A DNA stretch of 30,338 nt from a virus (Duplodnaviria > Caudoviricetes): positions 1 through 30,338 of the IMG/VR virus record IMGVR_UViG_3300019872_000011; one strand, given 5' to 3'. The notes beneath the pieces are model-generated. The model ran no database searches. It was not told where the DNA came from and saw only the letters and a program-made list of their open reading frames with translations. Below, one piece after another: positions 1 to 8,571 of the stretch. Both the position numbers and the translations under genes were made by a program. Each line of letters begins with the position of its first letter. The first letter of the stretch is position 1.

Positions 1-70
1 TCACGACCGACTGGACGCGAGCCTGCTCCCGGAGGTCGAGCCGGCCGAACTTGATAAACCCCCAGCTCAT
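1..70 (-). CDS. 5' end of minor/distal tail protein (runs off window)
   Basis: ATG at 70 overlaps the tape measure stop (ATGA). Reads MSWGFIKFGRLDLREQARVQSVV and stays open to the window edge. Position directly after the tape measure gene. Confidence 0.7.
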   Translation of the reverse strand, partial: MSWGFIKFGRLDLREQARVQSVV

Positions 71-2682
71 CTGTAGCTCCTCGCGTAGTCGTCCAGGGCA
101 GTGTGCAGGTCAGCCACTACCTTACGGGCCGCCCCCGGATCGGTGAAGTCCCAGACGCCCTTCAAGTTGAGGTCGTTGATGATGACGGAGGACATGGCGC
201 CCGCGTTGTTCGTAGTCGTGTTGGCGGCCGCCGTAGTCGTCGCGAGCGCCGTCCCCGATACCGCCGCGTTGACCGCTGGGGCGTTCCCGCCCGGCAGCGT
301 ATCGGCGAGCCGCTGCATCATCGCCGCAGCCGCGCTGACCGCGTCGTCGCCGGACACCGTGATCCCGGCCGAGAAGTCCTCGACGAGGGCCATACCCGAG
401 TACTTGGTCCAGCCACGTCCCGAGAACGGACCCTCCTTGGCCGGCGAGAACGGCCACAGCTTCCGGACCTCTCCGAGGAGCTTGGAGCCTGCGTCCTTCG
501 CCCTCCCCACCATCGCCAGCATGCCGTCGATGAAGCCCTGGATCAGAGCCTTCCCGGAGTTGTAGAGGTAGGAGCCGAGGCCACCCAGGATCTCGCCAAT
601 GCGGCCCGGGATCGACTTGACGAAGGAGATCGCCTCGTCCAGCTTCTGCTTGATCCCGAGGACGAGGCCGACGACGCCATCCACGATCCGCCAGAACGCG
701 GCGACGATCTTGTCCACGACTCCCGAGATGAAGGAGATGATCGCGTTCCAGATCTCGGTGATCTTGCCCCAGAGCCAAACGAACCAGTTCCCGACTGCCG
801 TGAAGGCATCGGCGAGGGAGTTGACCATCGAGTCGTACGCGTCGGAAACGCCCTTGGCGAAGTTCTGTAGCCAGTGCCATGCATCGTCGAGGTGCGAGAT
901 CAGCCAAACGATCGCGTCGACTAGCTTGGAGACTGCCCACACCACGACGTCGATGATGATGCCGGCGAGCTTCAAGACGATGATGATGACGAGGGCGAGA
1001 ACGGCGAGGAGGATAACCAGGGGAGCGATGATCACGACGGCGAGCACGATACCGAGGATCTTCAGAGCCGGCAGGATCTTGATGAAGACTTCCTGGAGCT
1101 TCTTCAGGTTCGGGATGATGTGGTCTTTGAGGAACTCCTGCACCGCCTGAAGGGCCGGCTTGAATAGCGTCGTCAGGATGTTCGCGGCGACCTTGATGAT
1201 GGGGATGATCTTCTGGTTGAAGAACTCCTGGAACGCCTTGAACCCGTCGACCACCCGGCCGATGACCTTGCGGACTGCCTCGAACGCAGTGGCCACGACG
1301 TCCCGGAACTTCTGGGAATGCTCGTACGCGTACTTGATGCCGATGACGAGGAGGGCGAGCGCCGCGATGATCGCGAGAACGATGCCGATGATGGGGAGGG
1401 CGCCCGCCGAGGCGATCGCGCCAAACCCGATGAAGACTGCGCCGACCTTGGCAACGAGAGCGATGAGGACGAGGAAGCCGGCCACCACGACGAGGACGCC
1501 AGCGAGAACCTTCTGGAAGCCGGGCGACAGACCCGAGAAGGCGTTGGTGAGCTTCGTGATAGTGTCAGTGATCTTGCGGATTACCGGGAGGAGCGTCGAG
1601 CCGATCGTGATGGCCGCCGTCTCGGCGGAGCCCTTCAGTTGCTCGATCGAGCCGGCGACGTTGTCTAGGCGAGCCTTCGCGACGTCGGCCGCCTTCACCT
1701 TCCCGATCGAGTCGGCCAACTTGTTGAATCCCTCGGCCCCCGCGTCGCTTAGGATCGCGGCGGCCCGGATCGCGTCGGAGCCGAAGAGGAGCTGAAGGTT
1801 CATCGCCTTCTGCTCCGCCGTCTGCCCCTTCAGCGCGTCCTGGAGGATCTGGGAGACCTGGGCGAGGGACTTGAGCTTGCCCGTCTGGTCAAAGAACTTG
1901 TTGGAGCCGTCGGCCGTGATGAGGCCTAGCTCCTTGAAGAGGTTGATCTCCTTCTTGGTGACAGGCTGGAGGTTCGCGAGCGCGGTCTTGAGGGAGGTAC
2001 CGGCGTCCGATCCCTTGATGCCCGCGTTACCCATGAGGGCGATCGCGGTCGAGAGGTCGTCGAACGAAACGCCCACCAGGTTCGCGACTGCGCCCGCTTG
2101 CTGCAGCGAGAAGCCGAACTCGGAGACGTCGATCGCGGACGCGTTGGCCGCACCGGCGATGAGGTCGGCGACGTGCCCGAGGTCGCGCGCCGAGAGGTTG
2201 AACACGTTCATCGCGTTGGCGGCGATCGTGGCCGCCTCGGGCAGGGAGATCCCGCCCGCTGCCGCCAGCGCCACGGTCGCGTCGGCCGCGCCGTTGAGGA
2301 TGTCCTCCAGCGGCACGCCTGCCTTCGCAAGCTCCTCCATCGCGTTCGCGGCCTCGGAGGCGGAGAACGCAGTATCGGCGCCTAGCTGGAGGGCCTTCGC
2401 CCGTAGCTTCTCGATCTGCTCCGTGGTCGCACCGGAGACTGCGCCGATGGCGCTGACCTGCTTCTGGAAGTCGATGGCCTTGTTGGCTGCGAGAGCGAGG
2501 CCGCCACCGAGGATCGCGGCTGCAGCCCCTGCCCCGGTGGCGACCTTGTTGAGGCCATCCTTCGTCTTCTTGGACTGAGCGTCGAGCCCATCTAGGCTCT
2601 TGGTCGCCGACTTAACCCCAGTGTCGTCATACGTGAGGGCGATGACACCCTTGGCGGTACCGAGGTTATAGTCAGAAGACAC
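67..2682 (-). CDS. Tape measure protein (TP901-like core), 871 aa
   Basis: Ala/Gly-rich helical protein with TP901-type core motifs (FSASEAANAMEELAKAG, MGNAGIKGSDAGTSLKT), hydrophobic segments and Trp/Phe-periodic repeats. Follows the tail assembly chaperone. Confidence 0.96.
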   Translation of the reverse strand: MSSDYNLGTAKGVIALTYDDTGVKSATKSLDGLDAQSKKTKDGLNKVATGAGAAAAILGGGLALAANKAIDFQKQVSAIGAVSGATTEQIEKLRAKALQLGADTAFSASEAANAMEELAKAGVPLEDILNGAADATVALAAAGGISLPEAATIAANAMNVFNLSARDLGHVADLIAGAANASAIDVSEFGFSLQQAGAVANLVGVSFDDLSTAIALMGNAGIKGSDAGTSLKTALANLQPVTKKEINLFKELGLITADGSNKFFDQTGKLKSLAQVSQILQDALKGQTAEQKAMNLQLLFGSDAIRAAAILSDAGAEGFNKLADSIGKVKAADVAKARLDNVAGSIEQLKGSAETAAITIGSTLLPVIRKITDTITKLTNAFSGLSPGFQKVLAGVLVVVAGFLVLIALVAKVGAVFIGFGAIASAGALPIIGIVLAIIAALALLVIGIKYAYEHSQKFRDVVATAFEAVRKVIGRVVDGFKAFQEFFNQKIIPIIKVAANILTTLFKPALQAVQEFLKDHIIPNLKKLQEVFIKILPALKILGIVLAVVIIAPLVILLAVLALVIIIVLKLAGIIIDVVVWAVSKLVDAIVWLISHLDDAWHWLQNFAKGVSDAYDSMVNSLADAFTAVGNWFVWLWGKITEIWNAIISFISGVVDKIVAAFWRIVDGVVGLVLGIKQKLDEAISFVKSIPGRIGEILGGLGSYLYNSGKALIQGFIDGMLAMVGRAKDAGSKLLGEVRKLWPFSPAKEGPFSGRGWTKYSGMALVEDFSAGITVSGDDAVSAAAAMMQRLADTLPGGNAPAVNAAVSGTALATTTAAANTTTNNAGAMSSVIINDLNLKGVWDFTDPGAARKVVADLHTALDDYARSYR

Positions 2683-2686
2683 TGCC

Positions 2687-2977
2687 CTATCCCTTCTTTA
2701 TCGCGTCCTTGGGTGGCTTCGCGAACCCAGAGATCCCGAGCCACTTGTTCAGAATCATCTGCTTGCGCATCCGGATCTGGCCGGCCGACTGCTTACGCCC
2801 GCCCTGTTGGTGCTCGACGTTTTGCAGTTCCGCGTCCAGTCGCTCCCCGAACGTCGTCACCGCTCGATTCAGGTAGTACGCCGCTGGCTGCTCCTCGACT
2901 CCGAGGAGCGCGCTTGGCAGGCATCGGAGCGTCTTGCACGTCGACCACACGCCCCATATTTTCTGCGAGTTCCGCAC
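2687..2977 (-). CDS. Tail assembly chaperone second frame (gpT-like), probably expressed by +1 frameshift
   Basis: Overlaps the 3' end of the chaperone in the +1 frame and ends 5 nt before the tape measure start. The frame opens just upstream of a TTT-CGT site. Confidence 0.75.
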   Translation of the reverse strand: MRNSQKIWGVWSTCKTLRCLPSALLGVEEQPAAYYLNRAVTTFGERLDAELQNVEHQQGGRKQSAGQIRMRKQMILNKWLGISGFAKPPKDAIKKG

Positions 2978-3470
2978 GAAACGGGGTCAGGTCGGCGACT
3001 CCGCCCATCACGTACTGCATGATGAAAACCTGGTCCTCCATATCTACCTGGTCGACGTAGACCGTGTCTTCGGTCCAGGCGGGAAGGACGTTCCGGAGTT
3101 CCATGGGGATGTCGGCGCCCGCCGCATCCTTCGGAACCAGCGTGAGGATCGGCTCGATCACGCAGCCCACCACGAGCTTCGCGACCATGTCCAGACCGGC
3201 CTTGACCTTGTCTGAGTTCTCGGCGAACGCGGCGAGCGCATCCTTGGCCGCCTGCGGGTCGGAGATCTTCCCGTCCACCCGGTTGAAGTGCTCGATCTGG
3301 ACGAGAGCGGTCAGTTGGTCCATATCGTCGAGGAGCCCCATCGCGATCAGGCCCTGGACTCCCGGCCGGCGAACGCGGCACGTCTCCCCCGACGGACATT
3401 CGAGGTCGTGGCCCTCGGCTTGCCCCTTGAACTTGCTGCCTAGCGTGTGCTTCTTGGCCTTACCCGGCAT
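2793..3470 (-). CDS. Tail assembly chaperone (gpG-like), 225 aa
   Basis: Position between tail tube and tape measure. Low-complexity C-terminus lies over a second ORF, the typical G/GT arrangement. Confidence 0.82.
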   Translation of the reverse strand: MPGKAKKHTLGSKFKGQAEGHDLECPSGETCRVRRPGVQGLIAMGLLDDMDQLTALVQIEHFNRVDGKISDPQAAKDALAAFAENSDKVKAGLDMVAKLVVGCVIEPILTLVPKDAAGADIPMELRNVLPAWTEDTVYVDQVDMEDQVFIMQYVMGGVADLTPFRAELAENMGRVVDVQDAPMPAKRAPRSRGAASGVLPESSGDDVRGATGRGTAKRRAPTGRA

Positions 3471-3509
3471 CCTAGTGCTCCTTGGGTATCTGAGACGAAG
3501 GTCCGCGCG

Positions 3510-3890
3510 CTACGCGAGCGGGCCGATGATCGCGACGGTCACCGTGGTGAGCGTCCCGCCGTGCGAGAGGTTGACGCGTCCGTTCGCGTCGCGGAATCGC
3601 GACGTGTTGGAGATGTACTGGACCAACTCCGTCGTCGCGAGCATGCCCGTGGCCGCGACCACGGCGTCCGCGAACCCGGCCGACAGACCGGAGCCGGCCG
3701 GGGCCTGCGTCGTGGGGTCGCCGATCTTGAAGGGGAGCGAGCCACCGGTGGTGGTCGCGCCATTCTTGTAGTGCAGGATGTACCGCGACGAGGGCGGGGC
3801 CACGAAGTAGTCGGCCGCCGAAACGGCGACGTACGTGGGGGCCGCGCCCGCGAGGGACGGCAACTGTACGGAAGCGCTGAGGTCTGCCAT
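3510..3890 (-). CDS. Virion-associated beta-rich protein, 126 aa
   Basis: Strong RBS (AGGAGGAGG). Ala/Thr/Gly-rich. Directly downstream of the major tail gene. Confidence 0.65.
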   Translation of the reverse strand: MADLSASVQLPSLAGAAPTYVAVSAADYFVAPPSSRYILHYKNGATTTGGSLPFKIGDPTTQAPAGSGLSAGFADAVVAATGMLATTELVQYISNTSRFRDANGRVNLSHGGTLTTVTVAIIGPLA

Positions 3891-3902
3891 TGGTCCTCCT
3901 CC

Positions 3903-4457
3903 TTACGGGATTGCCACGGCCGTTTCGTGCTGGACGAAATCCCAGACACGATCGAGCTCAGAGGCGACGAGGGAGGCGTACCCGGTACCGGATGCGCCCG
4001 TGAGGAAGAACTGACCGTCACCGAACTCGCCGGTGAGATTGTCGGTCGCCTTCGCCCGGTAGATCACGGCCCAGACGTCTCCGCCCGAGTCGCTGATGGC
4101 CTGGCCCTGGATCCGGAAGTACGGTCGGACGTCGGTCACCAGCTTGCGCCAGGTCTTGACCTGGTTCGGCGTGCTGCCCGTCGTCGAGATCGTCCCGCCG
4201 TACATGACCTGGCCGGCCTCGAACGAGATGCCGCCGCCTTCCAGCGTCCAGTTCACCTGGGGTCCGGAACCATGCGACGCCACGAGGCGGTCATCACCCC
4301 GCAGATCCTCGAACGCCTCTTCCTCCTCGAAACCGAGCGTGCGCCCGTTGGGGAGGTCGACAGACGGAGTCCCGAGGACCGTAGCCGTTGCGTCCGTGTA
4401 GGGCGTGAGCTTGACGTCACGCAGGCCGAACGGCAACGGGATTGTGTTCAGTGGCAT
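3903..4457 (-). CDS. Major tail (tube) protein, 184 aa
   Basis: LPFGLRDVKLTP...EDLRGDD motifs typical of actinophage tail tube proteins. RBS GAAGGAGGG. Synteny. Confidence 0.85.
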   Translation of the reverse strand: MPLNTIPLPFGLRDVKLTPYTDATATVLGTPSVDLPNGRTLGFEEEEAFEDLRGDDRLVASHGSGPQVNWTLEGGGISFEAGQVMYGGTISTTGSTPNQVKTWRKLVTDVRPYFRIQGQAISDSGGDVWAVIYRAKATDNLTGEFGDGQFFLTGASGTGYASLVASELDRVWDFVQHETAVAIP

Positions 4458-4650
4458 TACTACCCTCCTTCATTGCGTCGTGTCCGGGATCCCGGAACCT
4501 TGTGGTGCCTAGTGCCTTGCCGGTCAAAGCCGAGAACCGGTGCAGCACGACTACGCCCGGCGCCGCGCCGCAGAAGCGCGAGGAGCATTTGAACTCGACG
4601 TAGCCGTCAGTCAACTCCCCGTGCTTCTTGGACTCGCACCGGAGTTCCAT
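4417..4650 (-). CDS. Small Cys/His (zinc-ribbon-like) hypothetical protein, 77 aa
   Basis: RCESKKHG...CSSRFC pattern. ATG directly abuts the upstream stop, and the 3' end overlaps the tail tube start. Confidence 0.6.
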   Translation of the reverse strand: MELRCESKKHGELTDGYVEFKCSSRFCGAAPGVVVLHRFSALTGKALGTTRFRDPGHDAMKEGSNATEHNPVAVRPA

Positions 4651-4995
4651 CTAGATCTCGACCTCGGCGAAGTCGTGATCGGCGGTGATCGCCCGGTCGT
4701 ACGCGTCCCGCCCGAGGGCGTCCATCACGACGTCCTTGGCGAGCCGGTGGCCGTTCGCCGCGTTCCACCATAGGTCGTTGGCCGGCTCCTCGATCCCGAG
4801 CGCCTTCTGGTCGTGGCGGGTGAGGCCGCGCTCGTTCCGCATCGTGTCCGACCGGCCGGGCAGCCAACGGACGTAGGTGGACGTCTTGGGGGCCGCGTCG
4901 TCGCCCTCGCTCCGCGCACCGGTCACGATCGGGTCGTGGCGGTCCGTGCTCTGGGCCTCGACGACCGGCACGGACTCTTTGGCCTCTTCGCTCAT
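4651..4995 (-). CDS. Hypothetical protein, 114 aa
   Basis: RBS AGGAGGA. High GC3. Lies in the tail module. Confidence 0.7.
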   Translation of the reverse strand: MSEEAKESVPVVEAQSTDRHDPIVTGARSEGDDAAPKTSTYVRWLPGRSDTMRNERGLTRHDQKALGIEEPANDLWWNAANGHRLAKDVVMDALGRDAYDRAITADHDFAEVEI

Positions 4996-5004
4996 CTCGT
5001 CCTC

Positions 5005-5439
5005 CTAGTTTCCACTTGCTGTGATGTTGTAGGTCTCGTTTCGGACGTTCGCTCGGTACCCGTCGTCATAGAGGTCCGTGCTGGCGCCTTGCCAGTCGAT
5101 CCCGAGTATTCCATCGGGCCCAACTCCGAGCCTTGCGCCCACTAGCGTATCGAGGAGCCCGTCACCACCCAACTCCGCTGGGCGCATACGGTCGAGGGCG
5201 CCTGCGATCGCGGCGAAGTCCTGGTCACGGTCATACACCCACGGCGTGAACTCCGCCGAGTTCGCCCGGCCGACTCCGCGCGTCGTCGCGCCCCACCGGA
5301 GCACCATGAATCGCTGCGCCATCGGCGAGTCCGGCCCCCAGTTCGGGTAGATCGTGTTCGACGTGAAGCCGAGGGCGATGAGGGCCGCGTCCGCCACCAG
5401 GAGGTCATATACCGCGCGGCGGACCGCGACGCTAGCCAT
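5005..5439 (-). CDS. Tail terminator protein, 144 aa
   Basis: Real start taken as ATG 5439 (TGATG overlap). VRRAVYDLLVAD...FMVLRWG pattern and position after the gp10-like gene. Confidence 0.72.
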   Translation of the reverse strand: MASVAVRRAVYDLLVADAALIALGFTSNTIYPNWGPDSPMAQRFMVLRWGATTRGVGRANSAEFTPWVYDRDQDFAAIAGALDRMRPAELGGDGLLDTLVGARLGVGPDGILGIDWQGASTDLYDDGYRANVRNETYNITASGN

Positions 5440-5819
5440 CAGAGACCTCCCGAGTTCAGACGCTTGAACAGTCCGTTGAGCATTTTCATGGTCGTCGGTC
5501 CGTAGACCTTGATAGTGGGGAGGATGATGGCGTACTTCCCGGAGAACCGAACCTCCAGCCAGATCCCGTACTTCACCATATGGAAGAGATGGATGGCATG
5601 GAACTTGCGCGGCTTCCATTCGGTCTCCGCCCGGAGGCCGGCTCGCGCCGCGCCGGTCCGGTCCTTCCAGGAGGCGTTCTCCTTCATGTACCCGACTGCC
5701 CGGTCGGAGTTGTAGCTCACGACCGCGTGCACGTAGGCGTCAACCTTGGGAGAGAGCGCCGCGAGCGAGCGTCGGAGCGACGCGTCATCAAACTGGAAGG
5801 TCCCGCCCGTCTTCGCCAT
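5439..5819 (-). CDS. HK97 gp10-like neck protein, 126 aa
   Basis: NASWKDRTGAARAGL and YGIWLEVRFSGKYAIILPT motifs are characteristic of this family. Confidence 0.82.
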   Translation of the reverse strand: MAKTGGTFQFDDASLRRSLAALSPKVDAYVHAVVSYNSDRAVGYMKENASWKDRTGAARAGLRAETEWKPRKFHAIHLFHMVKYGIWLEVRFSGKYAIILPTIKVYGPTTMKMLNGLFKRLNSGGL

Positions 5820-7512
5820 AGCGGATCACCTCCGCCCGAGTCTCGTACCCGTTCCATGGCATGACCTCGTGCACTTCCCAGCGGATCCCGTCCGCGTCAT
5901 ACCAGTAGTCGTGCTGCCCGACCTCGGCGTCCCACTCCATCAGCATTTGGTACTCGACCTTGCGCTGGACTCCGTCGCCGGTCGGGATCGCTCCGCCGTT
6001 CGGCCCCTTCGTCGAGGACTGGTCGATGAGCCGGACTACCTGCGGAGCGCGCGGCGTGAGGTCAGCCCAAGCGATCCCGGTACCGGTCTTGACGCCCTGA
6101 CGAGGGATGAGCGTGACGGTGGTCGGGTTCCAGGCGATGAACTCGGTGGTCTGGATCCGCTTCATTCCTAGCTCCGTAGTCGAGTCATAAGAGCCTGGCG
6201 CGCCCGACAGGCTGGCCGTACCGACGATGGCGAGGGAAAGCGATCGAACTCCCTGCCCGTTCGTCGCCACGATCGCTGAGCCCAGTATAGAGACGAAGAC
6301 GGGGCGAGCGCCGACAGCAACCGATGCGATCGCTCCCGTACCGGCGATCGTTAGCGTCTCTGGCCGGTCGCCTGCCCCGTTGAGGCCGGCCGCCGTGATC
6401 GTTGCGGTACCGGCGATCGTTAGGGCGATCGTTCGGTCCGAGGCAGCCAGCATGCTGAGCGATCCAGAACCAGCGATCGTAAGCGATTCCGAGCGATCGC
6501 CCGTCCCGGGCAGTCCGAGCGCAGCCGCGCCCGCGATCGTCGCCGCGATCGTTCGCGTCCCGATAGCCGGTAGGGTCAACGATCCAGCACCGGCGATCGT
6601 CAACGTCTCCGCGCGGTTGCCCGTCACCGGGAGCGTCAGGGCGCCTGCCCCAGCGATCGTCAACGTCTCTGAACGATCGCCGGCCGCGTTCGTAGCGAGG
6701 GCCGCTACGCCAGCGAACGTAACCGTCTCGGTCCGGTCGCCAGATCCAGCCGCCGTCAAGGCAGCCGTACCCGCGATCGTTATGGACTCGGTCCGATCCC
6801 CTGCCCCAGTAAGCGACGACCCAGAGGAGGTCGGGACGCCCATCTGCACGCCCTCGGGCGAGATGATCGGTGGGTGGTCCGCGACGGTCGTACCGGCCGC
6901 GATCGTGAAGTCCATCCCGTTCCGGGACTCCGGCTCGACCGTCGAGGACTGCCCGTCCAGCTTCCAGTGTCCGACGAGGGCCGAGGGGCGCACGAGGGAG
7001 GGGCGCACCTTCGTCAGGCTCAGCGCCTCGTCGACAGTCAACGCCACGTTCCAGAGTGCGGCCTCGGCGTACGAACCCGGGATCCAGAGTTGGGTTCCGT
7101 CGAATGAACCGAGGTAGAGGGGAAGCGCCGCATACGCGATCGCGCGCGTCTCGGACTGCGTCCCCTGGCTCACTCCGTCGAAATAGATCTCCATGATGGT
7201 GCCGTTATAGACACCCAGGACATGATGCCAGGCACCATCGAAGACGTTCGCGGCCGTGATCGACGTCGAGCCGGTGACGTTGCCCGAGGAAGTTCCCCAT
7301 CCGATGAAGAAACGGAGGTCCCCGCCTGCGCTCGTACCGAACCCGTATGACACATGCTCGCCGGCCAGAAGTAGTTTGCCGAGGGCATACTTGAAGTTTC
7401 CAGGGGCGCTCGCCTTGATCCAGAGACCAAGCGAGATCGGGAATGCCGGCCGTAGCTCCGTCTGGTCGGCCCGCGAGCCTGGGTTACCCGACCCGCTTGT
7501 GAGCCGCGCCAC
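5788..7512 (-). CDS. LamG/concanavalin-A-like lectin + repeat stalk + C-terminal head-to-tail stopper fusion, 574 aa
   Basis: LamG motifs (DGAWHHVLGVYNG, IYFDGV, LYLGS, ALWNVALT). Ten ~20-aa repeats. The C-terminal ~130 aa has a stopper-like pattern (EFIAWNPTTVTLIP...RAPQVVRLID...DYW...RWEV), and no other stopper gene is present. Confidence 0.75.
   Translation of the reverse strand: MARLTSGSGNPGSRADQTELRPAFPISLGLWIKASAPGNFKYALGKLLLAGEHVSYGFGTSAGGDLRFFIGWGTSSGNVTGSTSITAANVFDGAWHHVLGVYNGTIMEIYFDGVSQGTQSETRAIAYAALPLYLGSFDGTQLWIPGSYAEAALWNVALTVDEALSLTKVRPSLVRPSALVGHWKLDGQSSTVEPESRNGMDFTIAAGTTVADHPPIISPEGVQMGVPTSSGSSLTGAGDRTESITIAGTAALTAAGSGDRTETVTFAGVAALATNAAGDRSETLTIAGAGALTLPVTGNRAETLTIAGAGSLTLPAIGTRTIAATIAGAAALGLPGTGDRSESLTIAGSGSLSMLAASDRTIALTIAGTATITAAGLNGAGDRPETLTIAGTGAIASVAVGARPVFVSILGSAIVATNGQGVRSLSLAIVGTASLSGAPGSYDSTTELGMKRIQTTEFIAWNPTTVTLIPRQGVKTGTGIAWADLTPRAPQVVRLIDQSSTKGPNGGAIPTGDGVQRKVEYQMLMEWDAEVGQHDYWYDADGIRWEVHEVMPWNGYETRAEVIRYGEDGRDLPV
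6204..6813 (-). repeat. Ten degenerate 60-bp / 20-aa tandem repeats (GDRxETLTIAGxxxL)
   Basis: CGATCGT recurs at 60-nt spacing (for example ending at 6420, 6480, 6540, 6600, 6660, 6780). Repeats are visible in the translation. Confidence 0.9.
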
Positions 7513-7515
7513 GGC

Positions 7516-8007
7516 CTATGTCTCCTTGACGTGAACCGCAACCAGCTGGGCGTCAGCGGTGGCAGTGTCAACGGTCGCGTCCCGCTTGATGCGCAGGCGA
7601 CACGTGTCCCCTGCCACAACACTGTCCATATTCGCCCCGGCCGTGATCGCTAGCGACATGATGGCCATGAGGCCGGCCGTTCCAGGCACGGTGACGGCGG
7701 TGACCGTCTGGTCCGAGGCGAACCCGTCCGTGGCCACCGTCTGCGCCGTATCGAGCCGCTCAAGAGCGATAAGCCAACCGCAGTTTCCAGTGGTCGCCGA
7801 GAGCATCGTGAAGTGGATATAGACCGTGATGCCAGTCGCGTTCGAGTAGTGCAACGGCATGACGAAGGTCCACATGGAGCCTTCGGCCGTCGTCGCATCG
7901 AAGTTGAGCACCGGGTGCCCGTTGCGCGTGCCGATAGTCGCCGGGTTGGTGAGCGTTGGCTCGTACCCATTCGGCGTCAGCGTAACGAGCGTGTTCCCGG
8001 ATGCCAT
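7516..8007 (-). CDS. Putative virion structural beta-sandwich protein, 163 aa
   Basis: Thr/Ala-rich with alternating beta patterns. Lies within the neck cassette. Confidence 0.65.
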   Translation of the reverse strand: MASGNTLVTLTPNGYEPTLTNPATIGTRNGHPVLNFDATTAEGSMWTFVMPLHYSNATGITVYIHFTMLSATTGNCGWLIALERLDTAQTVATDGFASDQTVTAVTVPGTAGLMAIMSLAITAGANMDSVVAGDTCRLRIKRDATVDTATADAQLVAVHVKET

Positions 8008-8011
8008 GGCG

Positions 8012-8401
8012 TTACGCCGCGATCGGGGTGAGGGTGACCGAGTGCGAGTTCAGGGTGAGGGTGTCGCCGTTGACGGGGGACTTGGACGCGGTGAGGGCGT
8101 ACGAGTAGAGGAAGTTACCCGCCGTCGAGGCGTCCCAGACCGAGACGTGAGTGATGGTCTCGGGACCGGTCGCCCAGAGCCAAGACGGGAAGGTCGCCTG
8201 GGCCGCCATGGCGCCCGCCGACGGAGCCGCAAAGGCCCACTGCTTCCGCGTCGTCTCGACGGCGGCAGCGGTCGCTCCGGCCGAGCCGGGATCGGCCGTG
8301 TGCAGCTTTGCCCAGGCCGAGGTAACGCCGGTGAATGTGGTGCCGCTGATGACGCTGAGCCACTTGTTGGCCAGGTTCACCGCGCTCGCTCCTGCGGTCA
8401 T
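8012..8401 (-). CDS. Fibre/collar-associated structural protein, 129 aa
   Basis: LHTADPG...ITHVSVWDASTAGNFL motif is typical of small phage fibre-anchoring proteins. RBS GAAGGAGGAG. Confidence 0.68.
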   Translation of the reverse strand: MTAGASAVNLANKWLSVISGTTFTGVTSAWAKLHTADPGSAGATAAAVETTRKQWAFAAPSAGAMAAQATFPSWLWATGPETITHVSVWDASTAGNFLYSYALTASKSPVNGDTLTLNSHSVTLTPIAA

Positions 8402-8571
8402 GCTGCTCCTCCTTCGATCAGTCGGACGATCTCGTTCGCGTCGAGCGTGGCACGCTCGCCGGACTCCTTGACGGCCGCCTGAGCGGCCTGGTACACATGG
8501 AGAAGCTTCTCGCCGGCCGACTGAATCTCGGCCGTGCCCTCGGCTTCCCAGCCCAGGATCGGCTGCCCCAT
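8398..8571 (-). CDS. Small hypothetical protein, 57 aa (not in ORF track)
   Basis: MGQPILGWEAEGTAEIQSAGEKLL...IEGGAA. TGATG overlap upstream and ATGA overlap downstream fill the gap exactly. Confidence 0.72.
   Translation of the reverse strand: MGQPILGWEAEGTAEIQSAGEKLLHVYQAAQAAVKESGERATLDANEIVRLIEGGAA

Noticed and set aside
6204-6813. 60-bp periodic repeats as a possible CRISPR array or DGR repeat
   Set aside because: They are degenerate in-frame coding repeats varying at synonymous positions. There are no unique spacers, and no cas or reverse transcriptase gene is present.
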